64,000 nt of DNA from Candidatus Borrarchaeum weybense (lineage in GTDB: Archaea; Asgardarchaeota; Sifarchaeia; Borrarchaeales; Borrarchaeaceae), in assembly GCA_019057385.1 (NCBI GenBank), contig JAHQJS010000004.1, positions 773,062 through 837,061 on the forward strand, given 5' to 3'. The number at the start of each line of letters is the position of its first letter. Positions within the stretch are counted from its first letter, which is position 1. Positions 1-9,826 of the stretch are shown in pieces. The position numbers and the translations under genes were made by a program. Under the pieces are notes generated by a model. That model did no database searches and was not told the DNA's origin. It was given only the letters and a program-made list of their open reading frames with translations.

Positions 1-434
1 GTTATTGCGTCACTAATAGCACCGGGATCTACCATTGCATATTCATCCACAGGTATTACAGTTACTTCAAAACCCTCTTTCATAAGCGCTTTAGTGATGT
101 TTATTACAGACATATGTTCTACAGCCGTGGTGATGATATGGTTCTTACCTCTAGAGCGATATGCAGTACCCTTTATTGCGATATTGCTACTCTCGGTTGC
201 GCCTGATGTAAAGATAATCTCGCGTTTCGGATCTTCAGCACCGATTAGTTGGCCTATCTTGTTTCGGGCCTCTTCCATTGGTTCTCTCACTTCAGCGCCA
301 AATGAGTGAAAAGAAGCGGGATTTCCATATTTTCTAGTAAAAAAAGGCATCATAGCCTCAACAACTCTAGGATCAACTGGTGATGAAGCAGTATAATCCA
401 TATAAACACGTGTGTCATCCGCTGACATTTCCAT
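1..434 (-). CDS. iscS: Cysteine desulfurase (IscS/NifS family), N-terminal part, runs off the window edge
   Basis: Not in ORF track. Manual translation from ATG 434 (or 428) gives MEMSADDTRVYMDYTASSPVDPRVVEAM...YGNPAS.H...IIFTSGATES...HIITTAVEH, the typical class V PLP desulfurase motifs. Confidence 0.9.
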   Translation of the reverse strand, partial: MEMSADDTRVYMDYTASSPVDPRVVEAMMPFFTRKYGNPASFHSFGAEVREPMEEARNKIGQLIGAEDPKREIIFTSGATESSNIAIKGTAYRSRGKNHIITTAVEHMSVINITKALMKEGFEVTVIPVDEYAMVDPGAISDAI

Positions 435-558
435 TAGCCCCCAAATCATTCAAGATATAATTTGTTTTGAGATTATTTTATCATATATTATTTTACTTCT
501 TATTTTAATTGCGATAGAACCACAAAGAAAATTAAAATGAGTAGATCTTATAGTCTCT

Positions 559-1914
559 TTATTTCCTTCGGGATGCGGTTGAGACCTCAAGTGTTTCCTT
601 TGTTACAAGTTCGTATAGGATTGCCTTTGAATGTGTGTTAGAAGGTCGTAAAATTCTCCCTAGCCTCTGAATGAACTGTCTTTTTGAACCTGACCCGCTA
701 ATGATTATCCCTATGTTAGCATCAACATCCCATCCTTCGTCCAACACTCGTCCAGTAACAAGTTTAGAGTACTGACCGTTTTTAAAACTCTCCAAGTATA
801 TTTTTCGTTCTTCAAACTTGGTTTTGTGTGTGATTTCGGGGATGAGAAACCTCTTTGCTATCTCGTGAACTATCTCGTTAAATTCACAAAAGATAATGAC
901 TCTATCATGTTGATGCTGTATCAAGAGTCCTTCAAGTACATCCAATTTTCGTCCGCTGCCAAATGAAATCTTTCTGGCCTCTTGGCGTGCTAAAAGTGCC
1001 TCTCTAGCTTTCTTGTCTCGTCCAGACCTTAGAACTAATTTTTCAAAATCAAAAACATGGTATTTTTTAACATAATCCTTGTATATTTTGTCTAAATCAT
1101 TATATCTTCTTTGTTCATCCTCTGATAATTCTATTGTTATTGTTTTTAGCTCAAAAGGTGCGACATACCCATTTTCTACTAATTCTTTATGTTCAAGTCT
1201 AAAAACCACTTTTCCTACCAGAATCTCAAGATCAAGATGTAACTCATCACTTCTTTCTGGAGTTGCACTCAGTCCTAATCTTTTTGAAGCGATTGTCCCT
1301 TCTGCAATTGCACGATAAGTTGGAGCAGGCAGATGATGCACTTCATCGAAAATAAGGAGGTCAAAAGAGTTTTGAAAGCGTTTCACGTATATGTGAGCAG
1401 AGTCGTATGTAGTAATAGTGATGTCGCCTAATTCCTGCTTCCCTCCACCCCAAATACCAATATTTTCCTTTGATACTCCTATATGCTCAACAATTGCTGA
1501 TCGCCATTGATACAATAGATTTATGGTCGGAACAATAACCAGCGTTCTATTCTTTGTATAGTGAATCGCTTCAAGACCCATGAATGTTTTCCCAGTACCT
1601 GTAGGAAGGCAAATTATACCTCTGAACTTGTTTTCAATCCATTTACTTAACGCATCTTCCTGATAAGGGCGGAGAGAATATTTAGAGACCGTTTCAAAAC
1701 TAAGTTTTTCTCCATAAGTAAAATCGATTTTCACAGCATATTCTGAAGTAAGAAATTGCATAATCTCTGGAAAAAACATAGGTAGTGCTTTAAAATTCTT
1801 GAATTTTGCATCATATTCTAACAGATGTTGTATAGGGGTTACATCGAGAAAAACGTGAGGTTGAAGAATAAGATCGTAATTTATTAACTTAAGAGAAACA
1901 TCATAAGAATCCAA
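559..1914 (-). CDS. XPB/Rad25-like SF2 DEAH helicase
   Basis: LRPYQ Q-motif, LPTGTGKT Walker A, DEVHH, GLSATPERSD, LDEGWD and QRLGRILR. Confidence 0.88.
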   Translation of the reverse strand: MDSYDVSLKLINYDLILQPHVFLDVTPIQHLLEYDAKFKNFKALPMFFPEIMQFLTSEYAVKIDFTYGEKLSFETVSKYSLRPYQEDALSKWIENKFRGIICLPTGTGKTFMGLEAIHYTKNRTLVIVPTINLLYQWRSAIVEHIGVSKENIGIWGGGKQELGDITITTYDSAHIYVKRFQNSFDLLIFDEVHHLPAPTYRAIAEGTIASKRLGLSATPERSDELHLDLEILVGKVVFRLEHKELVENGYVAPFELKTITIELSEDEQRRYNDLDKIYKDYVKKYHVFDFEKLVLRSGRDKKAREALLARQEARKISFGSGRKLDVLEGLLIQHQHDRVIIFCEFNEIVHEIAKRFLIPEITHKTKFEERKIYLESFKNGQYSKLVTGRVLDEGWDVDANIGIIISGSGSKRQFIQRLGRILRPSNTHSKAILYELVTKETLEVSTASRRK

Positions 1915-1980
1915 AAGCAGCAGCTCACATTTTTAGTTTTGTATATTAATTATCATAAGAACATAAAAACTAAATCATTT

Positions 1981-2002
1981 AAACTCCCCTTAAGGGAGGT
2001 TT
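1981..2002. other. Short hairpin (terminator or IS200/605-like palindrome remnant)
   Basis: AAACTCCC-CTTAA-GGGAGGTTT inverted repeat in the intergenic region. Confidence 0.35.
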
Positions 2003-2027
2003 TCTTCAGGTTGAAGTTTTAATGGGC

Positions 2028-2981
2028 TTATTCACTAGCTGCAGTTTTCAACGACTTTATAAAATTAATTATGAACTTCAAGCTTGTTGCAGCAGTTCTT
2101 TTGCTAACTGATTTTCCATCATATTTCACAATATTCGTCAATAGTTTTTCTACAACGCCATTCGAACTCTGAAGTTCAGTTGGATGAGTTTTTTTTATGA
2201 TCTGAACTGCAATTTTGAGATTTAAGAGACATTCTTCACAGTTATCTTCTTGAAAAGATTGTGCGGCCTGTTTTAAGTATATTATCTCCATTTGGACAGG
2301 TAATTCAGCTTGAACCGGCTTCTCTTCCACTTGGTCAGGTATTTCTTCTGATTTGACCATTTCATCCATTTGGATTTCTTGTTTTTTATCTCTTTGGATA
2401 AGCTCTTCTTCAATAAGGTTCATATGACCGGTATGATTTGACCAAATTTTATGTAACGTCTCTTGATTGATTTCAAAACCACAGCGCGTACATAATACAG
2501 TATCAAGCTCAAGGTGTTCCGCACAATTTGGACATGAATAATATCCCTCAGATATTTCAAGTTCTTCGATTGGTATGCTTTCTACAGTTATCGTTGCCCC
2601 AGGAACTGTCATTTGAGTCGGCAATCTATTTACAGAAAAGCTTACCTGCATATCACCTATTGAAACATGTTCACAAGTGGAATATGGATGGAGAGTAATT
2701 GAATACTGAAAAGAATGTTGTTTCGTGGGGGGAGTAATACCTTGATGAATGAATTGCATAGAGTCAATTTCTGTAACTGGGAAAAGTTCAACCTCATGAG
2801 CGGGTTGGATATCTCCCTCAGTGATATAAAGTGATTCTATGGGATGCTGTGTTGTATTTGTAACCAAGATTTGTACATTGATAGTATTGCCTGGAAGGAT
2901 CATATCTGTCGAGAGTGATCTTGTAACTTCTAAAGGAAGAACCTTTTTTACGTTGCTTTGTGACACATACTCTCCATCCAA
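2028..2981 (-). CDS. Hypothetical protein: DUF11/Ig-like N-domain, double zinc ribbon, helical C-domain
   Basis: LEVTRSLS...PGNTINVQILVTN beta-sandwich pattern; CPNC...CTRC. Confidence 0.6.
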   Translation of the reverse strand: MDGEYVSQSNVKKVLPLEVTRSLSTDMILPGNTINVQILVTNTTQHPIESLYITEGDIQPAHEVELFPVTEIDSMQFIHQGITPPTKQHSFQYSITLHPYSTCEHVSIGDMQVSFSVNRLPTQMTVPGATITVESIPIEELEISEGYYSCPNCAEHLELDTVLCTRCGFEINQETLHKIWSNHTGHMNLIEEELIQRDKKQEIQMDEMVKSEEIPDQVEEKPVQAELPVQMEIIYLKQAAQSFQEDNCEECLLNLKIAVQIIKKTHPTELQSSNGVVEKLLTNIVKYDGKSVSKRTAATSLKFIINFIKSLKTAASE

Positions 2982-3287
2982 GTAGTCTTATCATTTTTTC
3001 TTTAATTACACATATAACCTTTGCTAAGAAATGAGAATTTAGATTTTTGTCTCTAGAAAATAGCGACATAAGAACTAAAGCATTTAATATGCTCTTTACA
3101 ATATCCATGGAGTCAAAAAGTTATTTTAAATCTTGTGAAAAAATTCTACACATTTTGTTTTATTAGAAAAAAGAAAATGAATTAGCTTTTATTGTATAAG
3201 ATAGATAGTTTAGTTTTGTTATTGCCAATAGGTTCGACGCACTTCACTTAACGTGGAAAAAATGGGGCGCCACGCTTACTGGTGTCT

Positions 3288-3569
3288 TTATTTCTTTTTC
3301 AACGTGATTTCGATAGTACTTACGCTTCGAGTTCTTCCCCCTTCTTCGGCTAACTCCTCACTATCAATCTCGATCTTATCGACAAAAACGATGTCTTTCA
3401 TAAAACGCTGTCTCACGATCTCGGCGACATCTACTGCTGTCGATATAGATCGACCTCTAGCTTTAAGCGTACAGAAGTCAGATCCTTGATTGAGTTGAGT
3501 GACGACTGCAAGGACGTAGTTCATTACAGGCTTGCGCCCGATGTATATGTTGTTGTCTCTTCCGGACAT
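3288..3569 (-). CDS. albA: DNA/RNA-binding chromatin protein Alba (downstream copy)
   Basis: [40 protein letters not shown]; GGAGG SD upstream. Confidence 0.97.
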   Translation of the reverse strand: MSGRDNNIYIGRKPVMNYVLAVVTQLNQGSDFCTLKARGRSISTAVDVAEIVRQRFMKDIVFVDKIEIDSEELAEEGGRTRSVSTIEITLKKK

Positions 3570-3936
3570 ATGGACATTCCTCCGTTCTCAAACAGGTTTG
3601 TTTTTTTATTGTGTATTAAGGTATTTTTGAGTTTTTTACTTCTTCTTAGTAAGCGTAATTTCCATAGTACTTACGCTTCGAGTTCTTCCCCCTTCTTCGG
3701 CTAACTCCTCACTATCAATCTCGATCTTATCGACAAAAACGATGTCTTTCATAAAACGCTGTCTCACGATCTCGGCGACATCTACTGCTGTCGATATAGA
3801 TCGACCTCTAGCTTTAAGCGTACAGAAGTCAGATCCTTGATTGAGTTGAGTGACGACTGCAAGGACGTAGTTCATTACAGGCTTGCGCCCGATGTATATG
3901 TTGTTGTCTCTTCCGGACATATGGACATTCCTCCGT
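3313..3936. repeat. 273-bp direct repeat (3313-3585 and 3664-3936) covering both alba genes and their SD
   Basis: The two segments read identically at offset 351. Confidence 0.9.
3636..3920 (-). CDS. albA: DNA/RNA-binding chromatin protein Alba (upstream copy)
   Basis: Same Alba motifs; protein identical to the other copy except the last residues. Confidence 0.97.
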   Translation of the reverse strand: MSGRDNNIYIGRKPVMNYVLAVVTQLNQGSDFCTLKARGRSISTAVDVAEIVRQRFMKDIVFVDKIEIDSEELAEEGGRTRSVSTMEITLTKKK

Positions 3937-4131
3937 GTTTTACATTGATTTAGATGTATTCTGATAGCGCACTATTTTTGATACCATCAACTTATATTAT
4001 TGCATTATTTAAGCCTATGTAAACTTCTAAAACCTTAGTCATTTCTGTTTTTTAAGTGTTGTTAGAAATTATCACACAATATATAATTCAGTATTTAGAG
4101 TATCTATAAAGAATGTAAAAGAGGCATTCAT

Positions 4132-6555
4132 ATGATTAACTTGAAAAAAGATTTTCTAGGTTCTTCTCTTATAATACTCATTCTTTTAAGCTTTATCATC
4201 ATATTTCCCTTTCAATCTGAACATCAATTTTCAACGCTTCCTCCTAAAAGTATAGAAAATAGTCAAAGTATATATGACCACTCTTATATGCCAATAATCG
4301 ATGATTCTCTCTTAACAATGCTAGAAAATGATGCAGATAAATCGATCGATTTAATCATTACCTTTGGTGGAGATAATTCACACACAAAACCTAAGCAAAT
4401 ACTGAAACAGATACTTGGTGATGATTTTGCCAAACTAGATGTAAAATATGACCTTGAAATAATTGATGCTGTGCTTGTCAACGCTCCAGTTAATATTGTC
4501 CCCCGTCTTGCAGAAAACAATCTTGTGAGTGGCATTTGGGAAGATAAGAAAGTAACTGCTCTAAAAAGTGCAGATAGAATAATTGATTCTCAAATCGATT
4601 CATATCTTGATGAAAGCACAGGTTTAATAGGTGCTGAGGAAGTTTGGGCGCAAGGATTCGATGGTAATGGGATTATAGTTGCTATAGTTGATACCGGAAT
4701 CGATTCTACACACCCAGATTTATCTGGAAAGGTAACAGCGGCAAAATCCTTTGTTCAAGGAGAAGATACACAAGATTATGATGGTCATGGTACCCATGTA
4801 GCTGGAATTGTAGCGGGAACGGGGGTAGCGTCTTCTGGGAATTATAAAGGAATTGCTCCCGGAGCTTCACTGGTCAATGCAAAGGCTTTGGATAAAACGG
4901 GTGCAGGAACAGTGTCTGATGTGATTGAAGCGATTGAATGGGCTTCAGATAAATCAGACATAATTTGTTTAAGCCTAGGCGCACCAGGGTCTCCAAACGA
5001 TCCACTTGCACAAACAGTAAATACAGCGGTAGAAAACGGAGTTATTGTTTGTGCTGCTGTTGGGAATGATGGTGACTTGGGATATATGACCGCTATGACT
5101 CCTGCCATTGCCTCAAAAGCGATTTCTGTTGGTGCTACAGTTGGGGATTTAGAGGTTGCATCTTTTAGTAGCAAAGGCATTGCCCCTGATGGAAGGAGTG
5201 ATCCAGATATCGTTGCACCAGGGTATCAAATTACTTCTACAGCATCTAGTAAAATCACTTCTTCAGATTATATTACTTGGAGTGGAACAAGTTTTTCTAC
5301 ACCTATGGTAGCTGGGGCAGCAGCATTACTACTTGATGCTACGGACAATTTGACTCCTGAGGGCGTTAAAGCAGCATTACTTGAATCTGCAACGGATTTG
5401 GATACCGATCCTAATGCACAGGGAGCTGGTCTTGTTAATGTAGAGGCCGCTTATCAGCTAATACAAAATAATGATAATTTGGTAACAATAACGCCTAATG
5501 TATTTCCAAGTGCGCCTTATGCCCCTGATGGAATTGTTTTTCCTGGAGATGCATTTGCATTTGATGTGGAGATAATATCAAATGAACTACTTTCCGACGT
5601 GACTGTGGGCTTTGAAGGTCTTGCGTGGTCTTTTGTCAAGGCTACACCTTCTTCCATTAGTAGTGTAGACAGATATGCCATTGTTACTGTATCAGTCATA
5701 ATTCCGCCAGTGGCAGTTCCATTTACTTACTCAGGACGTTTGGTAGTTAAAGAGGCAGGAACGACAGTTGCGTCAAGTCAAATTGACTTGGAAGTTAGAG
5801 CTCCTATTGCTAGAGTTCTGTGGGATCAATCACATGATGCAGATGGATATTTTGGATACTATTATGGCGACAGTCCTTATAGTATGTTTTACAAATACTA
5901 TGAAATACTCACAAAGCAAGGAATTGATTTGGATGTAACGACTGGAACACTAACTAGTAGTTCATTAAGTGGATATGATGCATTAATACTTCCTGACCCA
6001 GAAACAATGCTTCAAAGCAGTGAAATCTCTTCAATTAAGAATTTTGTTTCTTCAGGAGGAGATTTACTTGTCCTTTCGAATCCTCCGGGCAGTATTGTTG
6101 TGGGGGATACAGATATAAATGATGTAATACTTGATTTCTCAAGTTTAAATCAACTAACTGAGGTTTATGGAATCACTTGTATTCCAACAGTTGTGGAGGC
6201 AGACGAATTAACACTTTCAGATCACACTATTACAAGGAATGTTCAATCAGTATTTTATTTAGGTTGCGCATTAAGTGTTAACAGTCCAGCCAAATCAATC
6301 GGAAAAGCGGGTTCATATGACGTTCTTGCAGTTTGGGAGAGTGGACTTAGCAAAGTGTTGGTGTTTGGATCGGAGTTGGATTTCTGGGATCTTCTGATTG
6401 ATATCGAGGGATTCTCCCATACTCAACTGGCGAAAAACACCGTAACATGGTTAACATTTCCGTCTACGCTATTAATTGTTTATATAGTTCTTATCGTTGT
6501 CCCAATAATACTTGTAAGCATTTATCTCTACAGACGTTCAAAAAAACAGTTCTAG
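4132..6555 (+). CDS. Membrane-anchored S8 subtilisin-family serine protease with site-1-protease-like C-terminal region
   Basis: Signal peptide, I9-like propeptide, triad AIVDTG / HGTHVAG / GTSFSTP, oxyanion AVGND, Ig-like segment, RVLWDQSH GIFT/DUF4350-like domain, C-terminal TM and basic tail. Confidence 0.9.
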   Translation: MINLKKDFLGSSLIILILLSFIIIFPFQSEHQFSTLPPKSIENSQSIYDHSYMPIIDDSLLTMLENDADKSIDLIITFGGDNSHTKPKQILKQILGDDFAKLDVKYDLEIIDAVLVNAPVNIVPRLAENNLVSGIWEDKKVTALKSADRIIDSQIDSYLDESTGLIGAEEVWAQGFDGNGIIVAIVDTGIDSTHPDLSGKVTAAKSFVQGEDTQDYDGHGTHVAGIVAGTGVASSGNYKGIAPGASLVNAKALDKTGAGTVSDVIEAIEWASDKSDIICLSLGAPGSPNDPLAQTVNTAVENGVIVCAAVGNDGDLGYMTAMTPAIASKAISVGATVGDLEVASFSSKGIAPDGRSDPDIVAPGYQITSTASSKITSSDYITWSGTSFSTPMVAGAAALLLDATDNLTPEGVKAALLESATDLDTDPNAQGAGLVNVEAAYQLIQNNDNLVTITPNVFPSAPYAPDGIVFPGDAFAFDVEIISNELLSDVTVGFEGLAWSFVKATPSSISSVDRYAIVTVSVIIPPVAVPFTYSGRLVVKEAGTTVASSQIDLEVRAPIARVLWDQSHDADGYFGYYYGDSPYSMFYKYYEILTKQGIDLDVTTGTLTSSSLSGYDALILPDPETMLQSSEISSIKNFVSSGGDLLVLSNPPGSIVVGDTDINDVILDFSSLNQLTEVYGITCIPTVVEADELTLSDHTITRNVQSVFYLGCALSVNSPAKSIGKAGSYDVLAVWESGLSKVLVFGSELDFWDLLIDIEGFSHTQLAKNTVTWLTFPSTLLIVYIVLIVVPIILVSIYLYRRSKKQF

Positions 6556-6725
6556 CATTATGAAAAAGCCTAAATAATAAAGTAGTGCTTTCCCTTTGCA
6601 GTCATGAAGCAAATATTAACATATAAGAAATAATATTTTCCTCTAAAATGTCACAAAAAACAGAAATAGAAACAAAGAAAAAGCTGTTTTGCAGTTAATA
6701 CATGTAGTAACAAGCATATAGACAG

Positions 6726-6980
6726 GTGATAAATGTGGTTGTTGGAACTATCAATAAAATTACAGGCATACTTTACATTATGGCGGGTATAATCTTAATG
6801 GTAATAGGCGTAATTCTCGTCCAGCTAATACAGAATCTTTTACCTGTTATAGCGGCCTTTACTGGTTTTACTGTGCCTACAGAATATTTTTATGCTATAG
6901 CAGCACTTCTGATCCTTCCATGGATTTTCTTTATCATCCACGGAATCGCACATTATCTTATTGGTCGTCAAATAGAGTAG
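6726..6980 (+). CDS. Small two-TM membrane protein
   Basis: Two hydrophobic helices; AGGTGA SD overlaps the GTG, so the true start may be slightly downstream; U-rich tract after the stop. Confidence 0.65.
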   Translation: MINVVVGTINKITGILYIMAGIILMVIGVILVQLIQNLLPVIAAFTGFTVPTEYFYAIAALLILPWIFFIIHGIAHYLIGRQIE

Positions 6981-7182
6981 CAAAGCAAAGCAAAGCTGCT
7001 CTTTCAAAATTCTTTTTTGAACTTTTATTTTAATGGGAACCTTTTTTTGACTCGTTTAAAGCCCTTTTTTTCTAAATTATTGTGCGGAAGAATTTTCTAC
7101 ATAAGCGGAAGGATTTTCCACATTCTATAAATAAAATAATGAGAGATTTCAATCAAAAAAGAACAGTACAGGATTTGCTCAA

Positions 7183-7449
7183 ATGTCACCAAGATATGTA
7201 TGTCCAATTTGTCTGATGGAAGAAGATAGACATCACAAATTAATTGAAAATGAAAATGAACGTGAAAACAATCTTCTTGCTGTGAAACGAATCCCAATTC
7301 TCGTAAAGCGTGATGAATCTACTCAAGTACGGTTTATTCTTACAACGATTCATGAACATTGTTATGAATCCTATATGTCTCCACTTTCACAAAGTGGTCT
7401 AAAAAATGGGGTAGTTAGAATTAAAAAAATAGTCGATGTATTTAAGTAA
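7183..7449 (+). CDS. Small hypothetical protein, probable Zn-binding (CxxC...HxxC)
   Basis: VCPIC ... IHEHCY; TATA-like TATAAATAAA upstream. Confidence 0.55.
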   Translation: MSPRYVCPICLMEEDRHHKLIENENERENNLLAVKRIPILVKRDESTQVRFILTTIHEHCYESYMSPLSQSGLKNGVVRIKKIVDVFK

Positions 7450-7489
7450 CCTAGAACGGTCATAATCGACTATAACTAATTTTATATAC

Positions 7490-8299
7490 TTGTTATTTTT
7501 ATTGAAAATTGAAATGATTTCTTGGATTTTGGCTTTTATTATAGCTATTTGGTGTTTAGTTAAACGGTTTAGGAAAGATGGTAAAGTTAGTGAATATCCA
7601 CTGGGAATGCCGCGAGGTACTGTGAGAGCTTATATTGCTATTATTGTTGTAGCGTTTCCTTTTAATTATTTAATTGTAAATCAAGAGATCCCAAGAGTTG
7701 TAACAAGTGCAATTTTTATCTTGGTAGCATTTTATTTTGAAACACGTAAAACTAAGAGAGAGAGACTATCACTACTTATTCATGAAGTGAAACACCCTGA
7801 AAAAGCTGAGGAGGAAAAAAGAAAAGAAAAATATCCTCTTTATATTCCGAAATATTCTGTAAGGAGCTTATTAGTCCTTATGTTAGCTTCCATATTATAT
7901 GTTAATTTTTACGGACCTAATGTCACCTTTGAAGTCACTAATACGTTAATAGATATCTTTATTATTATTGTTTTCTTCATACTAGGTTCAATATTTCGAA
8001 GAATTGGATCAAGCGGAGAAGAAAGAGAGTTCAAAGACCAGGTTAGGATGAAACTAAAAGAAACACCTAGAATCTCTGATATTTCAATGATAAAATATAT
8101 AGAGGAACAAGAGTCAGGCTGGATACAAAAATCATTCAAAAATTTTGTTTCTATTTTAACACTATTTGCAATTCTTACTGCATTAGCGATGTATACAATA
8201 GATTTGGATTATGATCTTTTAATTCTGCCGCTATATGCGTTTACAGTACGTTCTACTTTGTTTTTAATGATTAATGTCTACTATGGTTTTAGAGAATGA
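7490..8299 (+). CDS. Hypothetical multi-pass membrane protein with internal duplication
   Basis: Repeated motif YPLGMPRGTVRAY / YPLYIPKYSVRSL, each followed by TM pairs. Confidence 0.7.
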   Translation: MLFLLKIEMISWILAFIIAIWCLVKRFRKDGKVSEYPLGMPRGTVRAYIAIIVVAFPFNYLIVNQEIPRVVTSAIFILVAFYFETRKTKRERLSLLIHEVKHPEKAEEEKRKEKYPLYIPKYSVRSLLVLMLASILYVNFYGPNVTFEVTNTLIDIFIIIVFFILGSIFRRIGSSGEEREFKDQVRMKLKETPRISDISMIKYIEEQESGWIQKSFKNFVSILTLFAILTALAMYTIDLDYDLLILPLYAFTVRSTLFLMINVYYGFRE

Positions 8300-8373
8300 A
8301 CTATTTTCTCTTAAGAACAGACTTATAATTATACGAGAATCTGTTTCCACCAGAAAAAATGATGTTCCGTGAC

Positions 8374-9270
8374 TTATCTTTCAAGGAATTCAACTGTTAA
8401 GTCTTTACGAGATAACATTTTATGCGGATTATTAATGATGTTTTCTAAGATTGAGAGCATTTCGTTCTTTTCTTCTGGAAGACTCCCGCAAAAGTTTGTG
8501 TAATTTGAGAGATGATCATTAAATACATCACTAGTTACTCTTAATTCTTTTAATATCGAATATTCCTCTTTCAAAACTTCACGTGGTCGTAACTCCTTAA
8601 AAATGCCTAACAACATATCGAGATAGAGTGGTGAATTAGGCAAGATGTGTAATGTCCTGAAGCGGATCATATGAGGTTTGATTGAATTTAGAATACGCGT
8701 TGTTTCAATAATGTGTTCTTTAGAGAATTTCTTGCCTCCGAGACCTAGAATCACATTAACGGAGAGCTTGAATCCCATATGCATAACTTTCTTGCTTGCG
8801 TTAATTATTTCCTCTGGAGTTATTCCTTTCTTACACATTTTGAGAAGTGAAGCGCTCCCAGTCTCTATTCCCATATAGATTGTTTGTAATCCATAGTCAT
8901 GAAGTTTTATCAGTTCATCATTCTTTTTCTCCAGTATATCCGAGGCTCTAGCGTAACTGCTTATGTGTTGAGGATGAGGGAAGTTTTGATTAATGAATTG
9001 AAGTACATCGCACAACACTTTTGTTTCGGAGCTAATAGCACTGCTGCCACCTAAAAAGAAGTTAGTAGCAAAACTTAACGATGACTTTATTCTTTCTAAA
9101 TCTTTAAAAATATCTGTTCGAGAGCGTTTTCTAAAAAATTGTGCTCTTGGATCTTTATATAGCCAACAAAATGTACATAGATTCCAAGCACATCCTTCAG
9201 TAATCTCAATTGACGCACTGTACACTTCACACGGAGGACGAACGTGAATGCCTTGAGCTATAACTACAAT
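8374..9270 (-). CDS. Radical SAM protein (YgiQ/MiaB-like Elp3 superfamily); probable start upstream of the ORF-track GTG 9225
   Basis: CxxxxCxxC-type cluster (GCAWNLCTFC), YMGIETGS, DHLSN. The conserved RPPxE motif lies upstream of 9225, behind a GGAGGG SD at 9275-9280. Confidence 0.8.
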   Translation of the reverse strand: MVVIAQGIHVRPPCEVYSASIEITEGCAWNLCTFCWLYKDPRAQFFRKRSRTDIFKDLERIKSSLSFATNFFLGGSSAISSETKVLCDVLQFINQNFPHPQHISSYARASDILEKKNDELIKLHDYGLQTIYMGIETGSASLLKMCKKGITPEEIINASKKVMHMGFKLSVNVILGLGGKKFSKEHIIETTRILNSIKPHMIRFRTLHILPNSPLYLDMLLGIFKELRPREVLKEEYSILKELRVTSDVFNDHLSNYTNFCGSLPEEKNEMLSILENIINNPHKMLSRKDLTVEFLER

Positions 9271-9297
9271 ACAACCCTCCAGTTCACATACTAGGGC

Positions 9298-9651
9298 TCA
9301 ATAAGCAACGCCCCTACCTTTAACTCTTAATTCATCTTCAGCTAGTTTCCATACCTCGCCCTCGACATCCCACGTTGTTCCAATATCTTTGATTTTCATT
9401 TCTTTGTCTAACACAAGATATATCTTATCCTCATGCTTCTGAACGATCATAATGTGGTTTCGTAATTTTTCTGGAAGTGAGTCATACCATTTGAATATCC
9501 TTTCGTCTCTGTCTCTATTCCATTGAACAATAACGTCTTTGTATAAAGTGAATCCATAGCGATATTGATCTGCTTCTTCTTTGTTTGGGAAATTGTCTGG
9601 ATATCGAATTTTTCCTTTTGGATGATCTATTTTTATTGATACAGATGACAT
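9298..9651 (-). CDS. Hypothetical protein
   Basis: 117-aa ORF with AGGTGG SD; no family recognised. Confidence 0.6.
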   Translation of the reverse strand: MSSVSIKIDHPKGKIRYPDNFPNKEEADQYRYGFTLYKDVIVQWNRDRDERIFKWYDSLPEKLRNHIMIVQKHEDKIYLVLDKEMKIKDIGTTWDVEGEVWKLAEDELRVKGRGVAY

Positions 9652-9826
9652 TCTTTAATCCACCTTTATTTCAGAGTTCATTGATCAGTGAATCAATGGT
9701 AGATTATCTTAACTGAATAAGTGCTGGTTCTTTTAAAAAATTTAACTTATGCGGAGGAAATTCCCTTTCTGATGGATGGCTCGTTCAAATAAAAAAAGAA
9801 GGTAACGAAGAGCGCATTAAAAGGTG

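Noticed and set aside
9298-9300. Selenocysteine readthrough fusing two ORFs
   Set aside because: An independent SD lies downstream of the TGA, the context is not a redox motif, and no SECIS was recognised.
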